Shown piece after piece: positions 36,676 to 50,839 of a stretch of 59,945 bases of DNA. Numbering within the stretch: the first letter of the stretch is position 1; each line of letters starts with the position of its first letter. The stretch spans positions 1 through 59,945 of the forward strand of contig MQRK01245740.1 in assembly GCA_001938485.1 (NCBI GenBank). The letters run 5' to 3'. This DNA comes from Girardia tigrina (taxonomy: Eukaryota). Both the position numbers and the translations under genes were made by a program. Under the pieces are notes generated by a model. The model worked only from the letters and a program-made list of their open reading frames with translations. It ran no database searches and was not told where the DNA came from.

Positions 36676-37126
36676 ATAATAACGGCACACCTAAATACAT
36701 TTAGTGCCTTTTTTCAATATAATTTTTATTTTCTAAAATACAATTGTTTATTTTTGAAATACATTTTTAATTTGTAGAAAAACAATAATTATCATGCAAT
36801 TATTACGAATTTAAAATACAATTGTCATTAGTTGAAAGAGATATTTTTAATTTAAAATGAATTTCTTATTCTTCTAAATACATGTTAATTTAATTTTTAT
36901 AATTAAAAAACTGTCATTTATTTTTAATTTATTTTAAATTTTAACAATAATTGAAGTAACGTTTATATATTAATTGAAATAATAATAATTATTATCAATT
37001 TAGTTATTTTAAAATAAATATTAAAAATTTTTAATAACTTTAAATTTAAATGGTCAATGGCCGCAGTTGGGTACGTCGGATCTCGTTTGATCTCCAAAGC
37101 TAAGCAACCAACCTATTCATATTATA

Positions 37127-39031
37127 GGTTCCATGACAATTCGACACACGACAATTCGACACAGACAATTCGACACAAGACAATTCGACACAAGACAATT
37201 CGACACAAGACAATTCGACACACGTACAATTCGACACAAGACAATTCGACACAAATTTTTTAATTCGACACATTTTTTAATTCGACATATTTTTAATTCA
37301 TTTCGACACAAATTTTTTAATTCGACATTTTTTTAATAGGACAAATATTTTATTTCGACATTTTTAAATTTCGATTAGTTTTTTTTTAATTCAACATTTT
37401 TTTTTAATTCGACCCATAACTAAAATGAAATATTTTCATTATTATTATACATTTTTTGAAACTCGACATTTTCAATAACTATATTTTTAGTTAGACTAAT
37501 GAGTTTTTCTGTATTTAATATGAAAAAAATATCAATTTAATATGAAAAAAATCAATTTTTATGAAAAATATGTATTTACTATGAAAAATATGTATTTAAT
37601 ATAAAAATATTATTTTAATATGAAAAAAATCAAATTTTATTAAAAAATATGTATTTAACATGAAAAATATGTATTTAATATANNNNNNNNNNNNNNNNNN
37701 NNNNNNNNNNNNNNNNNNNNNNNNNNNNNNNNATTATTTTAATATGAAAAAAATCAAATTTTATTAAAAAATATGTATTTAACATGAAAAATATGTATTT
37801 AATATAAAAATATGTATTTAATATAAAAATATTATTTTAATATGAAAAAAAATCAAATTTTATTAAAAAAATATGTATTTAACATGAACAATATGTATTT
37901 AATATAAAAATATTATTTTAATATGAAAAAAATCAAATTTTAATAAAAAAATATGTATTTAATATAAAAATATCATTTTAATATGAAAAAAAATCAATTC
38001 TCACATATTTATTATCAACTTATATTACGGGTGCTCTTGGTAGAGCTCCTCAGTTTCCAATAAAATGCTGGAACCATTTCGATTCTGCTGGTGAGCAGAC
38101 ACCAAAAACTACAAATTGTTGTGAAGGTTTCCACAATGCTCTTAATGCNNNNNNNNNNNNNNNNNNNNNNNNNNNNNNNNNNNNNNNNNNNNNNNNNNNN
38201 NNNNNNNNNNNNNNNNNCAGACTGACTTTGGCAAATGCTCTGTCAGGTCGCCCTGTGGTTGTAAAGAAAAAATATGTATCATTGAGTGAGGCTATTGCAA
38301 TGGCTGTGCAAGAATACAATTTGAATGCATCGAATGATGAAAAATTGAAATACTTGCGTTGGCTAGTTAATTTGCAATGAATAAAATGTTAAAAATTAAC
38401 TTTTACTGTGTTGAATTAATAAATGTGTAGAATTAAAAAATTTGTGTCGTCTTATTGATTTTTTTCATAATAAATTGATATTTTTTCATATTAAATTGAT
38501 TTTGTATATAAAATATATAAAAATTGAAATCTATGTTCAAAATAATATGGCAGACTGAATTGTAAACGAATGCATTTTTAAACCATTAGTTCATATTAAA
38601 TTGATATTTTTATATTAAATACATATTTTTCATAGTAAATACATATTTTTTTCATAAAAACTGATTTTTTTCATATTAAATTGATATTTTTTTATATTAA
38701 ATACAGAAAAACTCATTGGTCTAACTAAAAATATAGTTATTAAAAATTTCGAGTTTCAAAAAATGTATAGTAATAATGAAAATATTTCATTTTAGTTATT
38801 TGTCGAATTAAAAAAAAACTAATCGAAATTTAAAAATGTCGAAATAAAATATTTGTCCCATTAAAAAAATGTGTTGAATTAAAAAATTTGTGTCGAATTG
38901 TCTTGTGTCGAATTGTCTTGTGTCGAATTGTACGTGTGTCGAATTGTCTTGTGTCGAATTGTCTTGTGTCGAATTGTCTTGTGTCGAATTGTCTTGTGTC
39001 GAATTGTCTTGTGTCGAATTGTCTGGTTACC
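37127..39031 (+). mobile_element. Non-autonomous Mutator-like element (MULE) with long tandem-repeat TIRs
   Basis: 9-bp TSD CATATTATA (37118-37126, 39032-39040); GG...CC ends; arrays of GACAATTCGACACAA in inverted orientation; transposase remnant PQFPIKCWNHF..KTTNCCEGFHNALN at about 38030-38380. Confidence 0.9.
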
Positions 39032-41573
39032 CATATTATAAAATCTTTAACACATACATATACTTTTATATGAAAACCAAACACGCTACAAAATCCTTAT
39101 ATGAATTATCTACATATAGTTAGTATTCACAAACACTCTATTTATATGATGATGGAAAACTTTTCCATGGAATGTAGCGATTTAATTTCCTTCAGTGATC
39201 ACCTACCTGACGAGCCTCTGATGTCAAAATATGTACGAGACTGGGCGACTCTCATGTATCGTCAAAGCTGAAAGAGCGCGCATTCATTGGAATGTAATTA
39301 TATTTTTTTTTGGAAAATGTAATGGGAATGAAAATATAATTGCAAAAACAATTAAATCGGTGGTGAAAGAGCGCGTATTGATTGAAAGCAGAAAAAGACT
39401 CGCCAACAATTGCCGATTAAAACGAATGTGTACGCTAATGGTCCTGATCGGCAGCGCTCTAAAACCCAAGTTATCTCAATTCAAATTGAAAATTGGAAAG
39501 AAAATTAAAATTTGCTCCTCATTTTGATCCCCAACAATCCATAAACATTATCGAACTTTGTACATATGTATATAGTGACTTATCGGTGTTTTATTTGTTC
39601 TTAAAGCGTTATTCAGCATAACTGTGATACTCGCACTGGATCTGGACTGCGATCACAGCTCTCCAAGTTGCAGCTAATCCCTCCAGGGTCCGCCCTGGGT
39701 GTTGACATGTAGATATATGTATTACGCAAAAATATTATCGTTATTAGTACTTATTTGGGTGACCGATAGGGAAATCGCGGGGCCATTGACTACAGGTCAG
39801 ATCAGGCAATCTGTCTGCTACAGGTACCATTATGACTTCTAATGCTTGTCTCATATGACGAGAATTTTGACGAGAAGAATTTGTGGCTTCAATCTTGAAA
39901 ATAGAAATCCAAAAACCAGGTCAACATAATTCATTTGAGGATGCAAAAGCAATTATGAATCTATATCGAACAATCGAAGATTCATATATTGACGACTGTT
40001 GTATCTCAGCAGAGGTTTATTCATTTTCTTTATCAACTTTCAATTTGATGCCTCCTTGATCGCATCTGAGTTTTACTATTCTTGTAATGGCAACCCTACA
40101 TATAGCTCGAATGCGTGGCCCTCCAAAGATCATTTTGAATTACCATTTTGAGCCACTATTATTGCCGTTACGTTTGGAGAAGACAACAAAACGACAAGAA
40201 AGCACACGCAGACAAAAGAAACCCAACTGAACAACGCGCAGCCGAGGATAACCGAGCGAGAGCTCACCGCCAGAATCGACAAGAAAAACGAGTGCTTCGA
40301 CCGAACGATGCAGCGACGCTCGAAAATTAGTCAACAATTGCCGACACACTATTCAACTGACCTCCGGATACCATTATCGCAGTAAATTTAATTTATATTT
40401 ACTTAATTCTATAAAGTTGTATTGTCGAAAGTTTTATCGAACTTATTACTGATTAAAATAAATGTATGAAATTGTACTAATGCGTTATATTTTATTATAT
40501 TAATAGACCGATTCCTCACTTCTTTATCCCCTATTAGGTAGAATAAACCCATCGTCGCCACCGATCGTCGTCCCCATTATGACGTCCAGTATTGTAGACA
40601 AACTTATTGAACATTTAGAGAATACTCTGTGAATCTCCAACGAACCCAAGGTGGATGGGAATAATAATGTCCTTCGAGACGAATTACAATTACTTATTAT
40701 TGACGTAAGGTCAATAACGCTGAGCGAAATGCTCGAGTCAAGCGAGTATTACGGCCCAATCAGGCAGGGCGAAAATCGATGACCGAAATTGTTACTGAAC
40801 GAATAAAATATGATTTTGTGAATACGAGTTTTATTTTCATTTTTATTACCTTAAAGTTTATTTAGTTTATAAGTCTATCCTAGTTTTAGTTTCGTTTAAA
40901 GTTTAGCCCAAAGTTTAGTTTAAAATTTGTTCTAGATTGAATTAGCGAATCTTGATGTTAGAATCGGACGTAATAAGTGATAAATAATAAATGAAATTAG
41001 AAAATTACTTTCATGCGAGACGCCCTCGGGATCATGTAAAATAGTTTCTTTTGGTGATTGAGACAAAATCCGACTAAGATTATTCTAAAATGTTATTGTT
41101 AGATATGGTTCGAAACCATCATTCAATGTTGTTAACGGAATTGAAACGATTAAACAAATGGAGTTTGGATTTAATTGATAACTTGATTATAAGGTTTATT
41201 TATTTTAATGATTTATTTGATTATTTAATTTTATAATTGATTTAGTTGTTTTATGGTTTATTTAATAGCTTAATTTTGATTGATTTAGTTATTTTATGGT
41301 TTATAACTTAATTCTATGATTGATTTAGTGGTTTATTTAATAACTTAATTTAATTCACGAAATTAAAATAATTGAGAGTCAACTCAAGAATTATATGATG
41401 TAGAGAATGTAACATAGAACCAGTCTAACCAAATTATGAAAGTAATCTGTTGAAAAATAAAACAATTTTAATAATAGAAATACGTGAAATTAGATAATAA
41501 TAAAACGAAAATCTTTCTAGAACCATTTACACATATTTTCACTGCTACGAAAGGTTATAAACTCGTAAAAAAA

Positions 41574-42080
41574 TTGGCAAAAGAGAATCGTTATTTAAAA
41601 TACAGAAGGTTGATATCAGAATATATCAATGTAAGTAATAACTTACTTTCACAAAACATGATGTAATGCATGTATGTTGCTAAGCAGCATTTATATTGAG
41701 GATCATAGCCACGATGGGTGTTTAGATGAGAACATGTTTCTCGATATTACACTCGGGAAAGTCTGAGAAAAGCGGTTTGTGATCGAAATGATTGATTCTT
41801 CTAAAAGAATATGCACTACAATAAAGTGTATCATATAATGCAAATCGGAGATTATTGATTCAATATGAGATGAAGCATGTATTGGTACTTTGAAATGTGC
41901 ATCGATAGTATGTAGAGTGAAATTGTGGCAGAAACGAGAGTTTCATACTCAATTCAGACTATACTGATCCTCAACTAACCGCCTCTTTAACCGCCTTACC
42001 CCTTTGAACGGTCGTTAGTCGTCATCGAAAATACCTAGTACGACATAGGATGTCATGTGCGTAATAAATCTTAAAGGTTA
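41574..42080 (+). repeat. Third copy of the repeat found in the inverted arms
   Basis: Direct match to 25974-26480. Confidence 0.9.
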
Positions 42081-42991
42081 ATTGCCGAATTATTTTCAAA
42101 AAGGACTGAAACTAATATAGTTTCCACGTTACTTATTAATTTGTTATGCTGAATTTGCTTAGTTGCCGAATTCATGAACTCGGAATTTTTAAAAAAAATT
42201 TTAATTCAATAATGATATCGACATTAACATTTAATATGACAAAAATAAAATTTTTATGAAAAAATATGTATTTAAAATAAAAGAATCAATTTAATATGAA
42301 ACAAATGTGTATTTAACATGAAAAATTGTTCTTAGTGTAAAAAATATGTATTTAATATAACAAATATCAAATGAATATGAAAAAATATCAATTGAATATG
42401 AAGAAATGTTTTACAAATACATACGTTAGCTTGCCACCAAGGAAAAAGTTTTATTAACTATGAATAAAAATTTTACATTTAGAATCTATTTTTAATATTA
42501 AATTAACATTTTTTTTCAAAGTTAATTTATATTTTTTCATATTTAATACAGAATTTTTCATATTTAATTGATAATATTTCCTAATAAATTGATATTCTGC
42601 ATATTAAATGCAAAAGTTTTCATATTAAATTGATATTTTTCATATTAAATACATAATTTTTCATTTTTCATTTATAAATTTTATATTAAAATGAAACTTT
42701 TTCATATATATAGTGGATTCTTCACTTACACTATTTCACGAATTCTTCACTTTTTAATGTGTCCACCCATTCATTCTCTGGCATTGACTTGCCGGTTCGA
42801 CTTCATGGATCTTCACGATATAGCACGATGATGCACACTGACCGCCTCGACCTTTTGCGCATTGAATGCGATCATTGATTCCGAAGTCATACGGCCGGTG
42901 CTGGGGAGTGCATGAAGCAGCGTCACAGAATGCTACTAATTGGGACCACATCGGCTGGAATCGACCGATACGGGTCGGTCGCAGGTCGGCA

Positions 42992-43540
42992 ACCTGACGA
43001 ACGAGAGACCGCTATACGACAATAGTTCAAGGGTACCGATCAATCCGAAGTTTAAGAACCCATGTGAAAAATTTGTGACCAAGTGAACGATCAGAGACTG
43101 GATCGCCTCCCTGTAGATAGATTTTTATTTTTTATTTTATAAATTGAAATTTTTTTCATTTTACAATGAGATTTTTTCATTGAGTCAAAATTATTTGTAT
43201 TTTAAAGTGAATATATTCTTTTAAGGTATACTCATTCTAACGGAATGTTGAATGACTTACATGAATATATAATATGCACAATAACAATATTTGTATACAT
43301 CAAATGTAAAATAAAAATATTTAGGCTAATTCGTAACACAAAATAATGACTTAGAAATGGAAAAACCATTTCGAAATGAAAAATCTCGTGAAATCAAAAA
43401 GTCGGCTCACTTAAAGAAATAACAGCTCAAAAAGTCACATATGGTTTGAAGTTCAAATTTTGAACAATGACAAGTACCTTTGTTACAGTAACCAACATAA
43501 ATAAATATATATAAAAACTACATGTATAAAACTCCTATTA
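42992..43540 (+). repeat. Dispersed repeat family copy
   Basis: Matches 31170-32235 and the reverse complement of 36095-36625. Confidence 0.8.
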
Positions 43541-44988
43541 TACTTAAAACGTACATAGACATTATACATAACATCTAAATAATCAGCTAAAGTACCTGAT
43601 CAACCATCAAAAGTACATTTGTTACGTAATATTATATATTATATTTTATATATAATATTTTATATTATTTAATATTATATATAAAAATATTATATATAAA
43701 AAACTATATATATATACAGTTCGGCTCATAAGTCTGATATTTTGTTTTATTTTTCACTATTTACTTACTCAAAATCTTATCGAATGTAATTAAACTTGGT
43801 AGAAATGTTAAAAATAATGGTATCTTTCTTTGTATTTCATCATTTTGTTTTAATTATGCAACAATAAACACTGAGAATTACATAAAGTTAAAATTTTCAA
43901 TGTTTATAAATCAATGTTTACGCATTATCTGATTTTCTTAAAGAAATAAGAAAACAATACTAAAAATAACTATAGATATTTTTTACCACGACATAAATGT
44001 ATACACTAGTATTTAGTTTGCGAACCTTTGACGAGAAGAACGGCTTTCAATCGTCTTGGAATGAAATCATACAAATTTCTGAGGTTGAAATATTCTCCCA
44101 TTTTTCCTGTATATAAGTCCATCAATCATTAACTGATTGAGGATTATGTAATTTAATTATCTCACCACAAATTAATCTATTAAATTCTTTTCGACTCAAT
44201 TTTTAAAATATTGCAAAATTATTAAATACATTTCACATTAAAACTAAAAATTTATTTAAAAAAAATTTAAATTCGTTTCATAACCTATATTAAAATATAT
44301 AAATTTTTATGACTGTAAAAATATTTTTATTTATAAATAAATATATAAAATTTAATGGTTTTCTTATCATTTTTAATTTTAAGATATTTAATAGATACAT
44401 TAAAAAGATATTTTTTATTTTTAAATAGATATTTAATTTTTTTATGATTTTCTTTTTATATAATTTTTAATTTTAAAATATTTAATAAGCATATTAACAT
44501 TAAAATTTCTAGATTTTAACTTATAATTATAAAATTAATTTCTAAATTATAATTATTAATTTTCTTTTATTTTTTTAATAAAATTATTAATTTTTAACAT
44601 GCATTTTATTCAAAAAACTTTTTTTCAAGTATTATAAATTTAAAACCCTTGATAATTTATTTTAAAATTCTAACTAGAATTTTTATTAAATATTTTATTA
44701 TTGAAGTATATCAATTGTTATCAATATAAACCATTTTTGGTTTTATATAAAAGTTTAATTTTTCTTTCTTTTCAATTTAAAAATTATTTTTAACTTTTCA
44801 AATTTTAAAATTTTTTTTTTCAATTCTTTAAAAAACTTTTAAATTAAACAAAATCCAAAAAGTTATTTGGCAAAATGAATATTTTCACTAACTCCTCATA
44901 AAAACAAATCCAAATCAAACATCATCAAAAGTACCTAAGAATCAAACAAGTAACAAAAATGAAAACAAACTAAAAATACTAAAGCATT

Positions 44989-46054
44989 CTAATAAATCTT
45001 TTTATACACATTTATATAATTTGATGATTTAACCTCTTTCTTCATTTCTTCAAAACTCACTGTAGTTATTCTTTGATCGTTGGTCTTATACCATTGATCT
45101 TTGTATTTAACAAAGCTGTAATAATGTCCACGTGAAATAGTTCCTCCGACATGATTTACAACTCCGATCAACTCATAACCGGAAATATTCACATTATCAT
45201 CATTTCCATATAATAACTCAAATTTGTCGTCTATTTTCATTTCTTCATTAAGCTTATTAATAGCTAATGAGATCGGATTTCTAACAAATCTTTTTATACA
45301 CACGATCAAATATTTAGGACTATTTGAAAATATTTCGCAATTTCTGCCTCTCCCATTTATCGAATTACAACTCGGACATTTNNNNNNNNNNNNNNNNNNN
45401 NNNNNNNNNNNNNNNNNNNNNNNNNNNNNNNNNNNNNNNNNNNNNNNNNNNNNNNNNNNNNNNNNNNNNNNNNNNNNNNNNNNNNNNNNNNNNNNNNNNN
45501 NNNNNNNNNNNNNNNNNNNNNNNNNNNNNNNNNNNNNNNNNNNNNNNNNNNNNNNNNNNNNNNNNNNNNNNNNNNNNNNNNNNNNNNNNNNNNNNNNNNN
45601 NNNNNNNNNNNNNNNNNNNNNNNNNNNNNNNNNNNNNNNNNNNNNNNNNNNNNNNNNNNNNNNNNNNNNNNNNNNNNNNNNNNNNNNNNNNNNNNNNNNN
45701 NNNNNNNNNNNNNNNNNNNNNNNNNNNNNNNNNNGGAATAGGCTTGCTTGCTTTAATAATCGAAGTGTTTTCTTGAACGGAATTCATCAACAGAGTTTGA
45801 ATCGATTCGTCCATGTACCAATCATTATTATTATTATTTACTATTTTACTTGATGAAGTTCTATTAGTAATCGAAACCTGTTCTTTAAAAGACTTGATCA
45901 TCATTTCTTGAATGACACTGTCCATATACCAATCCGTATTATCATTTATCAGAGGAACTATCTGAGGTTTTGTAATCGTTGAAGTTTGTCGTTTAATAAA
46001 GTTGTTATCATTTCTCAAAGTAGCAGTTTTAAATGTCATATTTCTTCGAACCAT
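44989..46054 (-). CDS. USP deubiquitinase, copy 2 (middle lies in an N gap)
   Basis: N- and C-terminal parts are nearly identical to 29335-30564; no stops in the called bases. Confidence 0.85.
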
Positions 46055-46921
46055 TTTCGCTTTAAATCAAAACACGGTAGATAATCTTACCTGTTCTTAA
46101 ATGGTAAATTAGTAATTAATAAAAATAATTATTTGAAATTTGATTGGATAATAAAGGTTTTTAACTTTTTTATTGTGCTTTTTTTTACGAATTTGTGTTT
46201 TTGTGATGTTCAATATACTTTATGGGAACAATACACATTGGTACAAATATCGAATCTTGTTCTTCATGCTGATATTGAACTATATACAATTAAAGAGAGA
46301 GCTCAAAGCTCTTTCTCGGAAGTAATGTAATTATGGGGGTTATAGATTTACCCTTCAAAAAGGGCCTTTTTTTGAGCCTATTAAGAACATTAATTGGGTT
46401 TTCTTCACATTTATTTATATCACAATTTGAATTGTCACTAGAACAATTCTCCGTAAAACTTGCGTAGCTCGTGATCCTTCTTGATTGATAATCTTTAATA
46501 ATATTTTTTAACGTCTTATTGTTCAAACAAATTTAAATTACAATTTAATTATTACAAAAATAATTTATACTTTAAATTTAAAATAATTTTTATTTATTTT
46601 AAGAAAATATTATTATAATATTATTTATGAAATATTAGTTTAATTTTAAAGTGATTATTAAAATTTTAATAATTGATTAAACAACCCGACGTTTTAAAAT
46701 ATTTAAAATATCAATCTTCCATCTGGGTGGGAGAAACACAATCCTAAGACAACGCACCAAACAACACACAATAAACACCATTCAAAAATATTCCTCACAT
46801 CCTCCAGGATTTAATTGCTTTGGCCATTCTACATTCCTTATCAAAATTCTACCATTTTATTCCAATTTGTAACTTCTTTTGTAATAAGAATAATTTTGTA
46901 ATAAGAACTTCTTTTGTAATG

Positions 46922-48300
46922 TAAGGCTGGAGTAATATGAGGAGTTGCAACTGTATTGGGGAATAGATATATTGTCCCTCATAAAGAATATACTGAAGAA
47001 GATATCAATAAAAAAGTTACCATAAATGAATATGAATTAGAATTTATGTTAGATGATTTTGAAAGATCAAAAGATAAAACAAATTATAGTTTTGATAAAT
47101 TTTTATTTCGATACAAACTCCTTATATTCTTCATCAATGTGTAAATATTTACCCATAGAAGAAATGGAGTGGAGTGAAAATTTGACATATGAAATATCAG
47201 ATGAAGAATCAGATATGGGATATGTATTGGAAGTAGATATCAAATATCCCGATGAAATAAAAAAGAAATCATTTTATTACCCTTATTGTCATGAGAAATT
47301 AGTTCCTAATACCCCCTTAAAGACTTATTTTCCTATGAAAAATTAGTTTTTCCCGAAAGAAGGGATAAAACAGAAAAACATGTACAGACATTCCTTGATA
47401 AAAATAAATATATTTTTGAAGGTAAGAAGTTAGATTTTTATCTAAAAGAAGGAATGATATGAGAAAAAATCATAGGAAATTGATATATAAGAAATTTCCT
47501 TGGCTTAGACCTTATATAGAATTTAATATACAAAAACGAAAAGAAGGCAAGGCAAAAAAAGATTAATTTGGGGATTTCTTCTTTAAATTACTTAATAATG
47601 CACTTTATGGTAAAACCCTAGAACATGTTAGAAATCATTCTAACATTAAAATTGTTAACAATAGAAAAAACATTTGACAAACTAGCGGGGAAACCAGAAT
47701 ACAAATCAATTACACCCTTTAATAAAAAAACTTTATGCTATTGAAATGAGGAAAACCTCAATAAAATTCAACAAATTTAATGATATAGGGTTTACCGTTT
47801 TACAACTCTCTAAACTTTTAATGTTTCAATTCGCATACGATGGATTACATAAAATTTTGGACTTTCAGTCAGTCATATCTTACTTCATTACACTGATACT
47901 GACTCCTTTTTGTTCAAATTTTTGATAGTTTTGATAATATATATGGAAAATTAAATGAATGGTTACATCCTACAGATTTAGGTAAATTTAAAGATGAATT
48001 GGAAAAAATCAAATTATTAAAGAAATGATAGATATTAAATCTAAAGATTATAGCTTTAGACATATTTTACTAAAAAATAATAATGAGGGAGAAACATGTA
48101 AAAATAATGGAGTAAAGGATGTAACTTTCAAAAATAGGCTAAATATTTTATTTAATAATGATTTAATACTAAAAGAAGAGAAACATATTGTTTCTAAAAA
48201 TATGAAATTAATGTAGTATCAAGAACTAAACCAGCTTCTTCTGGTGATGACAATTAAAGAAGATATCATATAAATAATATAACATCTCTCCCCATAGGAT
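46922..48300 (+). pseudogene. Protein-primed DNA polymerase B, polymerase domain
   Basis: YFDTNSLY..MCKYLP, GYVLEVDIKYP, WLRPYIEFN, FKLLNNALYGKT, YTDTDS, LGKFKDE; many stops and frameshifts. Confidence 0.9.
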
Positions 48301-48345
48301 TTAATAAAGAAGAATTGAGAGAAAAATATATTTTATTTTAAAAAA

Positions 48346-48603
48346 ATGACTTCTGACAATTTAAAAAAAATTTTTACTCCTGAAAAATATAAAGAAATTT
48401 ACGATGAAGTTATATTTTTAAATACTCAACAAATATTAGAAAATATCGATATAAGTGATTATGAAGATGAAGTGGATAATGAAGATAGTGATTTTGGAAA
48501 TAATATAAATGATAATATTGAAAGTTATAATATAAATCAGAATGAAGTTAATTTTTATTATGAAGATATAGTTTATACTAATACTTTTATTTATAGTGAT
48601 TAA
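48346..48603 (+). CDS. Small acidic hypothetical ORF inside the Polinton derivative
   Basis: 85 aa, ATG-initiated and D/E/N-rich, directly downstream of pPolB; no recognisable motif. Confidence 0.3.
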   Translation: MTSDNLKKIFTPEKYKEIYDEVIFLNTQQILENIDISDYEDEVDNEDSDFGNNINDNIESYNINQNEVNFYYEDIVYTNTFIYSD

Positions 48604-50839
48604 TGTTAGGAATTAAAAATGTTAGGAAAATTTTTGAAAGAAGGTTATAATTAAATATAATTAAATATGTAACATTCGAAAAAAATAAAATTACTAAAAT
48701 TAAGAAGATCAATTAAATTGCTAATAAAAATTTTTTGAGAGTTTTAATATAATATAAAAAGTAAAAAAAAGTGTATAATTTTTATGTGAAACGATTTTAA
48801 AAAAGTAATAAAATTAAATGAAACGATTAAATATTTTAAAGTGTTATCGTAATTTAAAATTGATTTATAGAAGTAATAAAAAAATCAAATATGAATATTT
48901 ATAAGTATTTTTATCTATATCGGTTTAAGATTTATAAAACAAATTGTTTCTCAAAAAGAATAAATTTGTTTAAATATTAGATTTAAACATATTTTTTGTG
49001 GTATAATAAAAGTTTTAATGGCTCATAGTAATAATTCCAACTATGTTTCAAAAACCATTAATAATTATTTTTTTAAAATTAGATTCAAAATATTAGCTAT
49101 ACTGCGGTATGGCTTTTCGGTATCCGATATTTATTTCCATTTTCTTCATTAATAATATGAATTTTGAAAATTTTGGATACTAAATCAATTATTTTGATCG
49201 ATTTTTGACTATTTTCAAAAAGGCTCAAAAAGGGTATATCTATAACCCCCATAAGTACATCACTTTCGGGTTCACAATATTTTATTCTTTTTGTTAATTG
49301 GTCATATATTGGTATAAAAATATTACATAGCTATATTATACACTATCGAAATAGTTTTCCAAAAAAAATATCTTTGCTTATGACTCCTTTATTCATTTAT
49401 GATAAAAATATTAAAAATTAAAGTTGGGCGTGAATTAAACTCAGATTAAAAATTACAGATTTCCCTTTAAAAGGAACAGTAACTGTCAGAACAAACAAAA
49501 TGAACAAATGCCACATTCCAAAGGATGCGATAATGACAATAGAAAATCATGCGGCACAGGATTAACAATTGGATAAAAAAAGATTTTGGCAATAACATGG
49601 AATGAAAAAAGTAAGTGAAAATGTTACAAGACAATGTGGGACAGCAGCCATTTGAAAACGTTCATCGATGGTCCAGATCAGAAGAAAAAGAAGTTTAAAA
49701 AAAGGTTTAAGTAGATCGCCCATGTACATTGAGCCAATATAACAAATCTAAGGGGGACTTAGATTGGAATGTTCAAAAATATATGATTAGATTTAGAGGG
49801 AAAAATATTACTTACCATTATTTAGTAATCTAATTTTCAGCTAACAATCATATGTCATTATTAGATTTAGAAGAAGGATCGTACGAGTTTATTTGCTACA
49901 TGATTCCATCTCCAATCAGGAACGTCAGGAAAACCTTTTATAGGGTGATCAACTAAGGTTTACAGGAGTTAGAATAATAATTATATGTTAGTTGTTTCTG
50001 AAAAGATTCCTCGAGCGAGGATAAAGGTTTAGGGTATCATTTTTTTGTTAAATTACGTCCAGAAATGCTAATTTGGACGTCATTGTTTGTTTAGAAATAT
50101 TCTTTTTTTCTTTTCTGCATATTTTTTTTTAACTTCGTCGTTTGTTAGTAGCTAATTCTATATAAATTTTGTTATTTTTAAAATTTTTAATTTAAATGGG
50201 ACATAAAAACCAATTTGAGAATCAATGAGGATCTTCTTTCTTAAGATAAAAACTAAACGCTTTATTGTTTTATAGCTTTTTTCAAACCCATTGTAAGAAA
50301 AAATTCTGAATGTTATAAGTTTGTTGTTTGTATGCTGTTTAGATTGGTGACTCAGATGGGATTGATGTTATTGATTGATTATTTAACCGAAATTTAATGA
50401 GATTAATGTTTAATTACTACTTAATTAAACGTTTTATAATTTGAAATTTTAGTAATACTTTAGATTAAATAATTTATTTTATTAAATTCTGTATAATGAA
50501 AACAAATTTTTACCAAATAAAATTTTGAGAAATTAAAAATCATAATTTTTTTTACCTCATTCATTATTCAAAAATTTGAATAAATATACAAAAATATATC
50601 AATCAAAGGAAGATGTTTAACGCAGATGGTGTTACGGAAAATTATTGTAAAGATGAGTCTGTTTTGTGTTGTTAATAAATGTTTTCACGCAAATTGTGAT
50701 GTTCCTAATATTCATAAATTGAGAGTTTTTTATTTAAGAATGTAATTTTCAGTCAAAAGAGAAAGTGTAACACTACAAAAGAAAAATATACATATAAAAC
50801 ATATATTTTAAACTTCTAAATACAGAAAAATAAGTCTAT

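Larger units (their letters stand above)
46321..49264 (+). mobile_element. Deleted Polinton/Maverick derivative with TIRs
   Basis: Ends AGTAATGTAATTATGGGGGTTATAGATTTACCCTT and AAGGGTATATCTATAACCCCCATAAGTACATCACT. Flanks CTCGGA/TTCGGG versus CTCGGG at the empty site (reverse complement near 29066-29071). Contains a pPolB pseudogene. Confidence 0.82.

Noticed and set aside
37133-37330. CRISPR-like array, or repetitive ORFs (TIRHK, RQFDT)
   Set aside because: Head-to-tail 15-mers without unique spacers in a eukaryotic MULE TIR; the ORFs are repeat artefacts.
39205-39230. CTGACGAG hammerhead-like core (also CTGACGA at 42994)
   Set aside because: No convincing stem II plus GAAA and cleavage triplet.
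40148-40740. Helitron Rep/PIF1 helicase fragments (R/Q-rich stretch; LQLLIIDV)
   Set aside because: Only a single degenerate motif; insufficient support.
49470-49950. Highly decayed integrase remnant
   Set aside because: Only faint similarity; no continuous motif could be reconstructed.
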